A stretch of 63,540 nt of DNA, filler included, from Bigelowiella natans CCMP2755 (Eukaryota; Protista; Cercozoa): NCBI GenBank assembly GCA_000320545.1. It is 5 parts of 5 records of this genome, joined end to end, with 100 filler letters (N's around TTAATTAATTAA, not from the genome) between each part and the next. Parts side by side here need not be neighbours in the genome. Positions count along the whole stretch, not along the records: positions 18,942 to 44,295 come from ADNK01000928.1; 4 more parts are not named here. One strand, 5' to 3'. Position 1 is the stretch's first letter. Each line of letters starts with the position of its first letter. The notes below the pieces were generated by a model that did no database searches, had not been told where the DNA came from, and worked only from the letters and a program-made list of their open reading frames with translations. A program made the translations under genes and the position numbers. Shown one piece after another: positions 25,113 to 39,632 of the stretch.

Positions 25113-26947
25113 TGCTACGAGGGAGACAAACAAATGCACGTGAGCCTGGATGTATCGGTTTCACGGCCAGCGCTCGAGTGCAGGATTATTAGGAAACCGT
25201 TTCCGGTGAGAAGACAGTTAGTATCGGGGAATCCCGGGTACACCCGATCGTACTCACGACGAATATCGGAGAAAACCGGGATTATTTCTGTATGAAATCC
25301 TCGAGAGAATTTCCCGATACTCAGGAAAAACTCCGGCCTTCTGGGAGCCATTTTCTTCCGAAAGCAGCACGAGCCCAATTGGCACGAGCCCCACCCTCTC
25401 TCAGCAGTCCGAAGTCTGTGTGAACTGTAGCGCGGTGGGAGAATTTTCCATGGGTGGGGTCACTTCGACGGAGGAATCCACAAGTTGTACCAGCCAGATT
25501 CGGGGTCATCATTGAGCCTTGGCCGAAACATTTTGGTTGCTAGAAGTGGCTAGCTAGAAGTTCACGTCGAACGATGTCAACATCGCTGCTGAATTCTAGA
25601 AGTTAAGTGTCAAAAGCTACCGTGTCAAAAGGAGCAAATGGTTCTAAAGCAGTCCCGGGGAAATGCAAGCATCTTCATCAATTCACGCGCTTCGTGATCT
25701 GGTGAAGCTCTGAGTCCAACCGTTTGAGCCTCCGTGTCAACCTGCACGCGCACCGACCGTCTGCGCAGAGCTTTGGACACATCATCATGGGGACATCTAA
25801 CACATGCGCCATCTTTTCCGGGTACTGTGTCTACATTTGACAGAATAGAACATCACTGTCACCAGAAAAGTTGGCAGGCCTTCCTCAGTTCCAGAGTTCC
25901 AGAGTCCCTCGCTAGCTAGCTAGCTAGCTCGCCCATGCCACCAGCAACTGAGTGTGGCGCAGCGGAACACCACACCACACCCAACACTCCCCATGTGAAA
26001 TTTTCCTACCACAATCAGTAGGAAAATACCCCAAAATTCACAACCCAAAATTTTGCCCACTGCTGAAATGAATTGCTAGAATGACAGATGGAGAAAATCA
26101 TGGGCACGCCGCAGCACGTGTCTTTTGTCAAAATCTAAGAAAATGATCTTTGTCAAAATGACACAGCAAAAATCATCGTGAAAGCATCACGCCATTGCCT
26201 ACATCCTCACATGACAGACATGCAATGCATGTGTCCATTGTTCACTCATCGCCAATGATCGCTTTCACCTTGCGGACTTCACATGCCATGCATGCGATGC
26301 TAGCACGCATCCTAGCATCTTCACTTTCCAAGCTAGTAAGTGCTTCCTGTGATTTTCCCCAAAATCTTGCTACGGATCAAGTTTTACGACTACGAACCTA
26401 AAATGCTTGTCAGTTGATGCTCTCTTGAAAAATTTTGAATGTGATTTGGTTGGGAAACACAGGTCTCGCGCAACACGCCGGTCCATGCTAGCGGTGCACA
26501 TGTCATTGTGAGCGCACATTGACGCACAGCCTTCTAGCTTTGCACATGCAACCTCTCTGTCCACACGTGCAAAATCATCGAGACATGCACATGTTGTTCT
26601 CAAATGACAAGATGATGACATGTACTAGACACAACAACATTGCTAACATCTGATGTTGTTCACAGTAGATTGTTTTCCAGCCTGAACTTTCCACGAGCAC
26701 TAATTCATGCCATCGGATGCGCACCTCGGGACCAAAATTTAATATATTGTTACCAATCGACGATTGCATGTATAGCGCAGTCAGAAGTGCCTGAAGACTA
26801 GCTTGTCCACCTCAGTGTTTCTGAACATGTACTCTTGCAGCTCCCTAGTATCGCTGCTGTCTGCGCTTACGAACGACACCACTTCCATCCTAGTATTCGC
26901 ACAAAAATTAGCACAAAGCACGCATTAAACGCACTCTCCCCCCCTCG

Positions 26948-26982
<35 letters not shown>

Positions 26983-27034
26983 TTTACGCTACATTTCCAA
27001 TAAGCACTAATCATCACGCTGTATTTAGGGCTCA

Positions 27035-27400
27035 TCACGCGTCTATTATTCTATCTCCCTCATCAACGGTTCTCGTCTGATATCCATCATGCCCACCACA
27101 AAATCCCCCCCCCCCCCCCCAGAATGAATAACACTCGCCACACTGATTGGTAACGTTCTCTTCTCTCACCGATGCTGCAACTTCGGACAGGAGAACGCCA
27201 TTGCCATCATCACCCCCGCCCCCATCGTAGGCAGCGTCACCCGGCAATTGTTGGTAGTGGCCGCCCCCATCCCCATTTCCTACCTCTCCACCTGCCTCCT
27301 CATCATCCATAGCATTATTATGCTGTTGTTTCGTGTCCTCTTCGGAGTTGTCTTGCCGTATTTCGAGCAAGAATTCGCGCACAAATACACACATACACAC

Positions 27401-27432
<32 letters not shown>

Positions 27433-27958
27433 CAAAGTCATTAATAGGTAGAAGCGATCCTATGAAAATGATAGCCATATCCCCTTCCTCCTCCTCCTCC
27501 TCCTCTCTTTCTTCTTTTTTATACAAAGCGGCTGACAGCTTCCGCTACATCATGCTTCTCATTCAATGGTTATTACTTGGGCACAGCCTCGAGACGATTT
27601 TGGACAAGAAGCCCCCCCCCCCCGCTCCTGATTATTGTTGCATTTTTGCGAAAAATCATGAATAGCGATAAGAATAGTCGGCGGGTAACGGTCATCTTGA
27701 AGATATTCTTTCCATAAATGGCAGAGTCGCAGGAGCCTTTTCACGGGGAAGGCGCGAGAATGTCTGTGCGAGCTGTGTGTGTGTGTGTGTGTGTGTGTAG
27801 CGTTGCAACCGTCATCGTCATCTTCGACATCTATCCTCTCTGATGGTGTCTGTGGAAAGAAGAAAAAGGATAAGGATGATGACGATGATGACGATGATGA
27901 TGACGATGGTGACGATGGTGACGATGGTAAATTAGATTTGTTACAAAATAACATAGGC

Positions 27959-28003
<45 letters not shown>

Positions 28004-28086
28004 GTTATATGATCAAATATGTAGTCTTTGAGGCGGGGAGGAGGGGGGGAGGGGTAATGCTTCCATGTATATGCTACATAAATATT

Positions 28087-28123
<37 letters not shown>

Positions 28124-28445
28124 CATTAACATATATAAACATATATAAATATTATAGAGAAAACAAATCTTATATTTAAGTCCCAGGTCACAATGGGAGA
28201 GGGGAGGGGCCTATCGAAAGCCTTTCTCTGAGGCTAGTGCTGCTGCTATGTGCGGACCTTATCAGGAAGAATGTTCAGCATCATGATAAGAGGGGGAATG
28301 CAGGCAACGGCGGAGAGTAACTCTGCGACCCACAAGTTATCGAATTGCCTACTCTCCATTGCAGCACCCTGAGGCTCCACCTGTGTGTGTGTGTGCTTGT
28401 GTGCGTGTGCGTGCGTGTGCGTGCGTGCGTGCGTATGTGCGCGCA

Positions 28446-28476
<31 letters not shown>

Positions 28477-28860
28477 ATGAAAAATAAAAAATAAGGTTAC
28501 CCAAATAAAATAAATAGATAAACAAATACCCCAAGCTGTTTGAGAAGGTACGCTCCAAGGAAGGTCCCCACCTGTGGGTGGAGGTGGTGATTGATATAAC
28601 CGATGGATTGAATTTATGGTGCTCGAAATGCCGTGTGTCAGCATGGAGAGGAGAAGAAGAGGCCGAACGTGCCCAGGAAACAGCTATGCTTTGCATTCTC
28701 TGTTTGGCTGGCAAAAATAGGAGGATGGAGAGAAAGAAGAGGAAGGGGAAAAGCAGCGGCGATTTGCACCTGTCCCCCCATCATGAAGGCTCCGGCCATA
28801 AAAGCAAACACTGTAGATTCCAAGCCCTGTTCCATATGCATCATAGCATTGGCAATCTAT

Positions 28861-28893
<33 letters not shown>

Positions 28894-28981
28894 GCACACA
28901 CGCACGCACACAGCAGAGAGCACCTCATGCTCACCACACCCGCGTCAGCAAGAATGTTTTGGCCGACATCTATAAGATATC

Positions 28982-29016
<35 letters not shown>

Positions 29017-29198
29017 TATAAATGTATTGTTATATACGATATGATATACCTTGGGACACAAATGCGACATTAGGATCTGGTTTGGCAATGATATGAGCTC
29101 TCCAAACATAGCAGAAAGAGCGTCCAATGTGAGGGTGAAGACCGTATCTGGAATGCCAAGCCTGCAATGTAAGAAGACACCACACGGAGCAGATATAT

Positions 29199-29247
<49 letters not shown>

Positions 29248-29633
29248 ATGTCAATGAATTATTCCGAATATTTATTATTCTTGGGGAGAGAAATAAACAA
29301 CGGCAGCTGGGGATGATCTGCTTTGCAAACTGACCCCCAAAAAAAACAACAACAATATACATGCCACCCCCCCCCCCCCTTCTCCCACAAGCAGCATATT
29401 GTGTAGTATAGATATTGGTCGCTCTGTTTCCTCTTTCGTTGATAAAGCATTCGCAGTTTCAAGTGCCGATAGCGACGAGGACCTTATATTCCATCGAGAG
29501 AAGATGAGCAATCTAGCGAAGCGCACACACATCGTTGTGCCAATTCCTATCAGATATCCCTGTGGTGGTGGTGGTGGTGGTGGTGGTGGTGGCACCAGCA
29601 CAGCAGAGGTGAGGCGTGTATTAGTGAAATGCG

Positions 29634-29672
<39 letters not shown>

Positions 29673-30015
29673 TCTCTGAGCAAAAACACGATCGTCGCAA
29701 CGACGATGATGAAGAACACGGTGAGCTGCTGCTGCTGCTGCTTACTATCTTGTATTTGCAGTCTCTGAGCCAGCGGTTATAGGCATACATTCCTGGTTGG
29801 TGAGAGGGCGCGGGGGGGGGGGGGGAGGAGAAATTGAGCGAGGAGAGTAGATAATCAGGGGTAACAAGCAGATTTCAAACGCAAACACGTGCATACGATC
29901 GCACCGAACCGCATAAGACTTCGCCATATTTCATCTACACCCCAGGATGTGTTGGAACACCTCTTCTTCTTATTACATGCTGGCCTTTCATTATTATTAT
30001 ATGCGCGCGCGCTCG

Positions 30016-30103
<88 letters not shown>

Positions 30104-30199
30104 TGAAGAGGCAGGAAGACCGAACGAAGGAGCGCACGGTGAGGTAAAACATTGCGGAGAAATGAGGACCCTCCGGATATCTGTGACGACGATGACAAC

Positions 30200-30231
<32 letters not shown>

Positions 30232-30598
30232 GGATGATTGCTACTATAATCATACATTCGTGTACGTCTGAGCAGTTGATCTATAAACAAGGGTGGCTAT
30301 TTTGCCACAATGCCCCTCCCCCCTCCCCTCCCCTTCCTTCTTCGCGAATAGTAAGGAACAACGAGAATTAACACACACACTTAGACACATGCACACGCGC
30401 GCATGCATACACTCATATCTTAACCTAGTATAGATAAATATATGCTTTCATATGCTGATATACTATATTTATCAAATGCCCACAACTCTTAAGCATACAT
30501 CATAAGTAAGGCAGGGGGGGGAGGGGGAGGACGGCAGGGACTTACTGTTCTGCCGTATCAGTGTAGAAATAGTACTCCGCCCCGGAATTGCTGAAAAG

Positions 30599-30638
<40 letters not shown>

Positions 30639-31075
30639 TGCGTGATGGTGAGGAGGATGGCGGTGGTAATGATGACAAGGCAAAGAGAATGAAAGAGAAC
30701 TCATTTTCCTCCTCCTTATCATCATCATCACCATCACCATCACCATCCCCTGATGCCGTGCAACTATGTATCAGGATTGTAAAGTTTCACCGCAAGAAGC
30801 AAAGTTGAGGTGTCATAACTGCAGAAATGAGAGAGAGCGAGAGAGAGAGCGAGCAACGACGATAGATACCTACTCTAAATCGGCTATATACCTCAAGGAA
30901 CAAATGCAGATGAGGAGGAAGAAAATCGCCACCTGAAGAAGGACAGGGAAACAAAGAAATGCAAAGGAAATGAACCTCACGCGTACACTGATATTGATGA
31001 TGATGATGCTGAGGATGATGATTAGTGATAGTAGTAGTGCTGCTACAATGATTACTATTATTAGCAGTGGGATAG

Positions 31076-31112
<37 letters not shown>

Positions 31113-31256
31113 CCCCCACCTTTGCTATCATTCTCGGCGTGAAAATGATGAAGCCAATGGCCAGAAATACCTAATAATAAAAGAGATTTGAGTGTAATTG
31201 TCGTTATTGATGCTGCTGTTGATGATGAGACTAGTAGAAATACTGGAGAGGATATG

Positions 31257-31295
<39 letters not shown>

Positions 31296-32041
31296 ACATT
31301 ATAAATATTACACACAGCGATGATGATGATGGTGATGACGATGACGACGACGATGTGATTATGCTGACGAGCGTGCATATATACATTATCATCATCATCA
31401 TCATCAACCACAACAACAACATGCACAGCAGCAGAAGGAGGAGGAGTAGGAGCAGCACTAACTCGTTACTCTTTCTACACACCGAAGCAACGAGGCCAAG
31501 AACACATCGGGTGAGAGAGTTCTCCATCATCCCCAAGCACTGCCACCAGGAAAATAAGCAAAGAGAAGAGGGTGAGAAAGAAATATGTCAGAGGACGATG
31601 CAGCGGAGGGGGGGAGACAGAGAAAGCGAGTGAGAGTGAGAGAGAGAGAGAGAGAGATCGCTTTTCCAAAGCAATATTAACAGCTATACATACGACACAT
31701 ATATCACGCTACAACAAAGATCTATCCTACTGCAACCGCTACTACCACTACTCCTCCTCCTCTTCCTACTTCTACCACTTCTCCTACCATAAGGAATATG
31801 GCCTCAAATCCCATAAAAATACACAGTGTCAGGTACTTTTTCCCATATTTTGACGTCCCCCTTATATAGGCATTGGCATGTGTGTGATTGAGATCTCAAG
31901 ACATGTAGCAGTTAGGCGAAAATTGCTCTGTTGGAGATGTGGATTACAGAAACACTCTTCTTCTTCTTCTTCTTCTTTGACGTCTCACGTCACTAAAAAT
32001 ATTGTTAGTAAATCTCTGCCTTCTGATTATCATTTTCATCC

Positions 32042-32077
<36 letters not shown>

Positions 32078-32248
32078 GCGCCATCACTTTGAAAGGCCGC
32101 AGCAAGGAGCATTTTCCTCTGGTTTTTCCTGAGCAGGTGTGCATATGATATGTGGGTGGCTGTTCTTAGCATCATTCATTTTCACAAATGCTATTCGTTT
32201 CTTCGCTGCAGGAGCTCTGCTGTATATAAGTGAGTGCGTACGTGTGTA

Positions 32249-32284
<36 letters not shown>

Positions 32285-32777
32285 TGTGTGTGTGTGTGCG
32301 TGTGTGTGTGCGCGCGTGCGTGTGTATTCAATGAAGCAAAGTCGGAAAATCTCTGCTTTATTATCTACATAAATTACCTGGAGGAGATTTGTCATTGCCG
32401 GGTAAAGCGGCAGCATCGCTGGTAGCACGCACACCGCGAAGACGTACCTTGCAGGACACGATTGAGTATCATCATCATCAGTGCAAGTAGGCGCATATCT
32501 TGCACGACGATAACGCAGCTAAGCGAGGCATAGTGATGATGATGATGATGGTGATGGTGATGATGAAGAAAGATAGCCCATGAAAAAGAAGAAGGGGAGG
32601 GGGGTTGATGATGATAGTTTGAATGACAAGAGGGTGGTGGAGATGCAGGAACAATCATCATTATCATCGTTGTTGTTGTCATCGTCGTCTTCGTCTACCG
32701 TGTGCCATAATTTTGGATTATCAGGGCAGCCATTATCTAAGATTTATTTTCCATAAACTTAAGACTGGAATACCCGC

Positions 32778-32824
<47 letters not shown>

Positions 32825-32853
32825 CACGCTCACGCTCATACACTCACGCCATA

Positions 32854-32894
<41 letters not shown>

Positions 32895-33862
32895 ATGCAA
32901 ACATAGCTTTGTTGTCGTACAGAAAATAGGCAATTTGCTAATATACTGAGTCCGATATCAATCCCCACACCAGGTCAGTGATCAGTCATTGGGTGGCATA
33001 TGTCAGAGCAGCATCTTTGCCAAACCTGAGACAGCAACGTGGCGATGGTACCCCCCCCCTGCACGAAGGATATCAAATCCGTGCTGTAATCCGGATTCTC
33101 CTTCAACTTCTCCGCATACTTCGCTCTAAAGCAAACGAACATGAATTAATTCGCACAGCAGCGGCAGCAGCAGCAGCAGCGACGATCACGTGAGATCACC
33201 AGCATCGAAGAAGAATCTGGTTGAAACCACCACCATCATCAACATCATTATCGTCATAATCCCCCCCCCCCCCGCCTTCTCGATTCATCATCATTACTAC
33301 TGCTACTGCTGCTACTACTACAACTACTACTACGACGAGCTTCTATCACCTCACGAGAAGACCGCAGTATTCCATCTGAAGATTCATCGTCACGAACCCC
33401 AGAATAACCTACGCAAAATTGACAAAAGATTACAACAGGAGCTACGATCAAACAACACGGCACGTTACCAACGAGAGAATTGCATGGAGGAAGTAAATGC
33501 GACGCTATTTGCTCACTCACCATTGGCAGGGACAAGAGGCCAACCGGAGAGAAACCTACAACAGCGTACGCGCCCATGGCAACGACTGGCAAAAAGGACC
33601 AAAAAAGGCGCACACGCACAGTCAGGAGAGCTCCACGCCCGCCCCGCCCTCATTCGCCAGTTTCACACGTGTTGCGACGATTCATACCCAAGAGCAACAT
33701 GCGCACGGATGGGGGAGAAAGAAAGAGATTTGTCCTATTTCTTCTGAATATGAGAACTATAGATTCTTACCGGATGAGAATGCTATATAAGGCGCCTTAT
33801 TGTACCTAAGATATTCACCAAAAATGTGATGCTATTATATGGAAATGGCCGTTGAAGACGAA

Positions 33863-33897
<35 letters not shown>

Positions 33898-34952
33898 TGT
33901 ATTTTTGCAATGAAAGCTATGTCACACTAACACGCCCGATCCTGCTGCGAGTGGCATATATCAGATTTCCCCTGCAGGGGTAGGCTTCATCCATTTTGGA
34001 ATCGGTTATCGATTCGAAACGCATATGTGTGTATTTTACAAAGATATACATGTGTGCATATTCTATACACTCCAACAAATCATGAGCAAATCTTTTTGCT
34101 ACGCGGATGAAAGATTGCTCACCCTCGAAAGTGCAGTGCATCGGAGAGATATCCAAACAATGGCGACATGGCGTAGGGGGCACGGGCAACGGCCTTATAT
34201 GCCTGAACCTGACCATTGACCGACGACCTCATTCTCAGCAATTTCGCGGTGTCTCATGATACAGCATTCGAACAGACTCAGAAGCAGGAAAAGAAGGAAG
34301 AGGAGGAGGAAGAAGGTGATAAGGAAGAAGAAGGTGACGCCACAGCGCAGCAGTGTAGGGTCCCTCTTCTGACCCCAACTACGAGAAGATACACCAATCC
34401 TCTTCATCGCGGCCGTTTATTTTATTTTTTCCCTAGTTCAGTTTTTCGTCCATGATGATTGATCTGCTCTGACCTCTGCTGCTTTCACGCCCCCGAATTC
34501 GCGCAAATAATAGCCGATTGTCACAGAAACGGGGATGAATCGTACCTATGAAGAGGGGGAAACGACGGTTGAATGGGGACTGAACAAGGAAATGCGAGTA
34601 CACTTTACTGACTGCTACAATGCGCTGGCGGTGATTGGGGGGAGAGGGATGAGGCAGACAAAGTAAATGAAGGAGAATGTCATCTTTAAGGCCTGGCACA
34701 TATGACATGTGTGCGTTTTTTGTGCTGATGACTTACACAGAGGTGGGAAACGAGAACGATTGTCATGAGGATGCTCGCACCGTACACGTCCTGCGTTAGG
34801 GGAACACATTTCACATAAATGGTGAATTCGTGGCGTGTGTGCATTGGCTGCGAGGATTTTCCATTGACGACAGCTCTAACTGTCGTGAGACATAAAAACA
34901 GGAATAAGGACAATATCGAATATCGAGGGGGAGTCGGCTCGGAGCCCGACAT
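27035..34952 (-). CDS. BT1 folate/biopterin transporter family protein (MFS), multi-exon
   Basis: The exon near 34120-34220 reads ARAPYAMSPLFGYLSDALHFRG (BT1 PWxxKPxxGxxSD-like motif). The exon near 29050-29165 reads LGIPDTVFTLTLDALSAMFGELISLPNQILMSHLCPK. Further TM exons include FDNLWVAELLSAVACIPPLIMMLNILP. Both ends approximate. Confidence 0.75.
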
Positions 34953-36750
34953 AAATAACCTTATCTAGCTTACTCCTCTAAGCCCCCAACCCCCCCCCCC
35001 CCCCCGCCCATCGCATCACCATTGACCTTTAGAGTATTGAGCCATGAGAAGAATTGCCATTGGCTATTCTTGGTGTTTTTCCCGGAGGTGCTTCTGGATG
35101 CAGGCACAGAGCCGGCAGCAGCCTTACTCGTGGTTGCTGGCTTCTTCTTTTGAATCAGCGGGTCATGCGCCCGAGGAATCGGCTGATGATGATGCTGACG
35201 ACCGGCATTTTTCCTCTCTTTTATTCAAAAGAAGTTGTGTTATTATTATTGCACATGCGCATGTGTGCTTACGAACATGCGTATGAGATGGACGCCGGTG
35301 ATCTGCCAGCGTCGGCTCTATCACGGCAAATTCGGGAGCAGCAAATGACCCGACACAACATTGAAAGAAAACGGGTTGGCATCGAGGTTCAGGCCGAATA
35401 TCGACGGAGCTAGAAAGATTTCCCAGCATGTCCGTCAATGACCGAGCATCAGTATATTAGTGGTCTGCTGCCATATTCGGGCTGAAGGGCTATCGTGATC
35501 TCTCACCATTTCGAGCAGAAATCCCTCAAAACATATGAAGCAGTGCGTACCTTCCTCCGCGGCGGAATTAATCGCCATTCGGTGGGGGGGACAGGATCAG
35601 ACAGTCGTGCCGACGACCTGTTGAAGTCTTCCTTATACGATTGTCGTAGAGGAGCAACAGAATGCATTTTACTGGTCTATTGCGTGCCTTGCGTTGCCAA
35701 GATCATACTGTATTTTACCTATCCGACAAGGAATTTTGTGCGAAAATGCTATAAAATCGTGGATATCCAGCAGCACCGAAAAAATCATTTCAAGTACATT
35801 TTTGAAAGCGGCCGCCACTTTGGCTTCTCCTAGAATTTTCGAATTTCTCTCAATTTCTCTGGATTATTTGGAGCTGGAATGTCACGATGACGAGGTTCCT
35901 CGTCTCTGCCTCAGAAGGCTTTTACAAGAAAAAGAAGCCGTGCTAACACACACCAAAATTACCAAATCTGCACCAAAATACTCGGAAAACTACCCAAAAT
36001 CAATCTAGATACGGGTCTTGCCAATGGGGTACGTGATTCGGTGTGAGTGCCCGTTTTTCGATTGAGGATCGAGAAAAGCACCGAATGCTTTTCGACTTTC
36101 AACCCGTTTTCTTCCACCATGAAGTTTCTCGAAGCTTGTTGGGTGGAGTTTGAGCGAAATGGCCTGAACGCATTCGGGCAAGCTGAGCCACATGTGATTT
36201 TCCGGAAGAAAATGACCAGCGTTGAACCAGGGGCTCGGAGAGCCTTTCATTGGAGCAGGGACTCACAAGGCGTTCGCGGTTCGGATCAACAGGCCTGAAT
36301 TTCTGAAATTATTTGAAATATTTCATGTCGCATGCACAAATACGCAGATGATAGTGGAGATTCGACGATTATTTTTGCCAAGATGCACGGATTTATGCTC
36401 TTAGTTTCGATTGGTTGAATTGCTGGCCACACACGAGTAGTAGATTATCCTCCTGCCTTCCGCATATCCAAATATCATACAGCGGCTGCTTCCATCGCCA
36501 CTCATCCTACACCGAGCATTCATTGAGCAACCTCATCATGGTGTGTACAAGAAATAACTTCGCATCTGAAAGCAACACTGCAGAGTATGCCCTCCTCGCC
36601 AACTGTGTCAACGCGCCGAAGTCTCTAATCCTGCAGAAAGAACACCCAGAGATTTTTGTTAAGGGGACAGCACGCAGATCTCTTCAACAAGGGCACTCTG
36701 TATCTCGATTCCAATTCCGCAGGTCAATTTCCAAAGGGTTGCCAACTGAG

Positions 36751-37839
36751 ATGGCAGAACACTCCCTCTACACATCTTCCGACGAATCAAGCACTGGCTC
36801 TGCGTCCCCTCCGCGCTCCCCGTCCCTGCCTCCAGCTTCCTCACGCTCATCCGGGAAGCGTGGCCGTCGTAATCACGGCTACGGACGGCCGACGACGAGC
36901 AGGACGAAGTATCATCGGCAACGCAACGAAAGATTCTCTGCTAGCAAAGGAAAGCAAGTCGTCTCAAAGAAAGGACAAGTTGTCATCCGTGGCCAGACGA
37001 CGCGACAGTCACAGTTCTCGCTCTCAGTGCATGTCTCTCACATCCCAGCTCAGGCAGGATGGGGAGATCTCGCGGAGTGCTTCCAACGCATCGGCCCCAC
37101 TGCCCGAATCTACCAAAAGCCCGACACGACGTGGGCGCACGTTCACTTCTACGACCCTGGGCATGTAGAAGAGGCGATGCGGGCGTCCGCTGCTGGGTTG
37201 TTGCGGGTGTGCGGACAAAGAATTAAGGTTTCAAGGAGAAAGAAAGGCCGTCACAACACTGGTGTTCTCTCATCGAAGGGGCAGAGAAACGGAGTATTAG
37301 ACTCAACTCGTGTAAATGAAGCCACGGCCGATTGCTATGACTCCCAGGAACGCTCCCAGAGCGGCTGCAGACCAAAGTCGGCATCACCAGTGTCGATTGT
37401 TTCTGCACCGACTCCCCCTTCACCGCTGTCTCTCCCACTTTCTTCAACCCCACCGAGAGTGCCTCAGTTGTCGTTGTCCTCCAGCTCATCTAGCTCGTCA
37501 GCTTCGTCTTCTTCGTCTGTCCGGCCCTTCGCGGCATTTACCCCGTCTACCACCTGGGCGCCTATTCTGAAGACTCTCGGCGGCAGTCATCAAAGCGACA
37601 GCGGTCTTCTTCTGTCTTCGTCAAAGACACAGGAATTTGTCTGGGCCGATCGCATCCGCGGCAGCAGCACACCCTTCCGTGATAACAGCCCGTCGTCTAG
37701 ACCGATCCCTTCGTCTTCATCTCTCGTCCCAGATGACAAAAAATGGGGCGCGAGTGATAAGGTTTCTAAGGTTTCATCGATGTCAGCACTGTCTTCCTCA
37801 TTCTCGAGGACAGTACCAGTAGCTCTCCGGTTCGATTAG
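36751..37839 (+). CDS. single-RRM RNA-binding protein with Ser/Arg-rich disordered flanks
   Basis: SVHVSHIPAQAGWGDLAECFQRIGP...WAHVHFYDPGHVEEAM...VCGQRIKVSR carries RNP2/RNP1-like motifs. ATG at 36751 chosen within the longer ORF that starts at 36415. Confidence 0.8.
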   Translation: MAEHSLYTSSDESSTGSASPPRSPSLPPASSRSSGKRGRRNHGYGRPTTSRTKYHRQRNERFSASKGKQVVSKKGQVVIRGQTTRQSQFSLSVHVSHIPAQAGWGDLAECFQRIGPTARIYQKPDTTWAHVHFYDPGHVEEAMRASAAGLLRVCGQRIKVSRRKKGRHNTGVLSSKGQRNGVLDSTRVNEATADCYDSQERSQSGCRPKSASPVSIVSAPTPPSPLSLPLSSTPPRVPQLSLSSSSSSSSASSSSSVRPFAAFTPSTTWAPILKTLGGSHQSDSGLLLSSSKTQEFVWADRIRGSSTPFRDNSPSSRPIPSSSSLVPDDKKWGASDKVSKVSSMSALSSSFSRTVPVALRFD

Positions 37840-38670
37840 AACCGCACGCCAATTAACGAATTTAATCATAGACAAAAGATATTAGTCGTAAAATTATAAT
37901 GAAGATATTAGTCACATAAAGATATACACCTGGATCGAACTGTCCGCTCCTGAGAAAATTACGTCCCCTAAAATAGTTACAGGGTACACCCTTCACTAAA
38001 GGACGCTCCAAATTGATCTTAGAATCAGCTTATCTAGAATCGCTCACGAGACCTATTTTCGAGGTTTCTGAGCTACACACCATAAATTACTCTACTAGTC
38101 TTTTTTTTATTTAGTACACTGAGTGAGTACTGTGGTATTGATCTATCCAACGTTCTCACGCTCTCTAAGCTCGTCATAGAGGAAGCTGATTATAAGGGAA
38201 ACGTTGGTGAAACAGTTTGTGCGTACGAGTACATAGGAAATGCACTTTGAATACAAATGTACACTGTCTTATAAGCTCACGGTATGCATATTACATCATC
38301 CTGCACTTGAATTTGTCACATGCAAAGCATCTCTTGATTATTATGCTTGCACTGCAGCAATGCATGTATCCGCGCTACCTAATTACACCCCTAGTGTGCA
38401 CAACCGCCCAGTAAGCACGAACACGCTGCGTAATGGGTATCCGCCGCCTGATTAAGTCGTCGACTTGCGCGGTCATACGCTGCAACTCTTGATTGCGCTT
38501 AACTCGCTGCGTGCGCATGGCGTATACAGTTTTCAGCAGCATATGATGATCAAAATCTGTTATTACGCTCTCACACTCCCGCTTCTTTGCGAAGGACGAA
38601 GCAGTTCACAAAGTAATACGATGTTTTCCTTATAGCGATTGGGGAAAGGGCGGGTCAAATAACAATGATG

Positions 38671-39562
38671 CTAGCTGGTTATTATATGTGTCTTCTTAGC
38701 AAAGCGGAGCATTTCCTCCATGAACTCTCTCACAATCTCTGCAGCCTTTGAATGGATGTCGCGATTCTTCTGTTTGTGACCACCGCCATTAGCATCACCA
38801 GTGTGATTGGATTGCTGATGCTCAGGCGTCGCTGCCGTTATATTTACATTCTCTGCCTGCAATAAGCTCTCCACATGCCTCCGCAACGCAATATAGGTCG
38901 GGAACGACTTTTGGTAGAAGTGAACAGCCCCGCCGTGCGAGGAAGGGGCCTTCTTCTGCTGTTGCATCCTATTCTTGCTCAGCGATGAAGCTTCTCTATC
39001 GGGCGAATTGCTATTCTCTTTCGCATTCCCATCGTCCATATCGTCTCTTACCTTTTCGGCAAGGTACGCATTCACTAGAAGATCGAGTCTATTCCCAACT
39101 GCTGCATCATCCGCAGCTACTGCCTTCCTTCTTTTCTTTGCCGTCTTTAGTTTTGAGGAAGAGGAGGAGGAGGAGGAGGAGGAGGAGGGAGAGGAGGATG
39201 CAGCAGAAGAGACTTTAGTATCATGTTCAGCTGATGCGGCAATATTTCCTGTTGTTGTGCTCTTCACAACGATCCGCTCCATTGGAATCCATAGATTCGT
39301 GTATGCGGCGATACAGTCCTCTTCGTTTACAAAGAACGAAAGCAGAAAGTTTTTCACCAAATCAGCTTCTGCCAGCTGCATCCTATCAAATTGTTTAGAT
39401 TAGCACATGTGACTAAGGAGAGAAAGGGCTGTTGTATGTAAGATGCTGAATAATTTCGATAAAACTAACACTTCTCTTTTCCCCCCTCTTCCCCAACATC
39501 TTCCAACAATACATATCCGGCTGGAACGGTACACACACGTTTAGGAATCACATGGAGGTCGA

Positions 39563-39632
<70 letters not shown>

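Noticed and set aside
27961-27997. Similar ~30-36 nt length of many dinucleotide tracts
   Set aside because: Could reflect short-read/k-mer collapse. Cannot be interpreted without reads.
35044-36404. Several 80-120 aa ORFs between the BT1 and RRM genes
   Set aside because: No motifs or consistent splice model. Probably UTR or promoter DNA.
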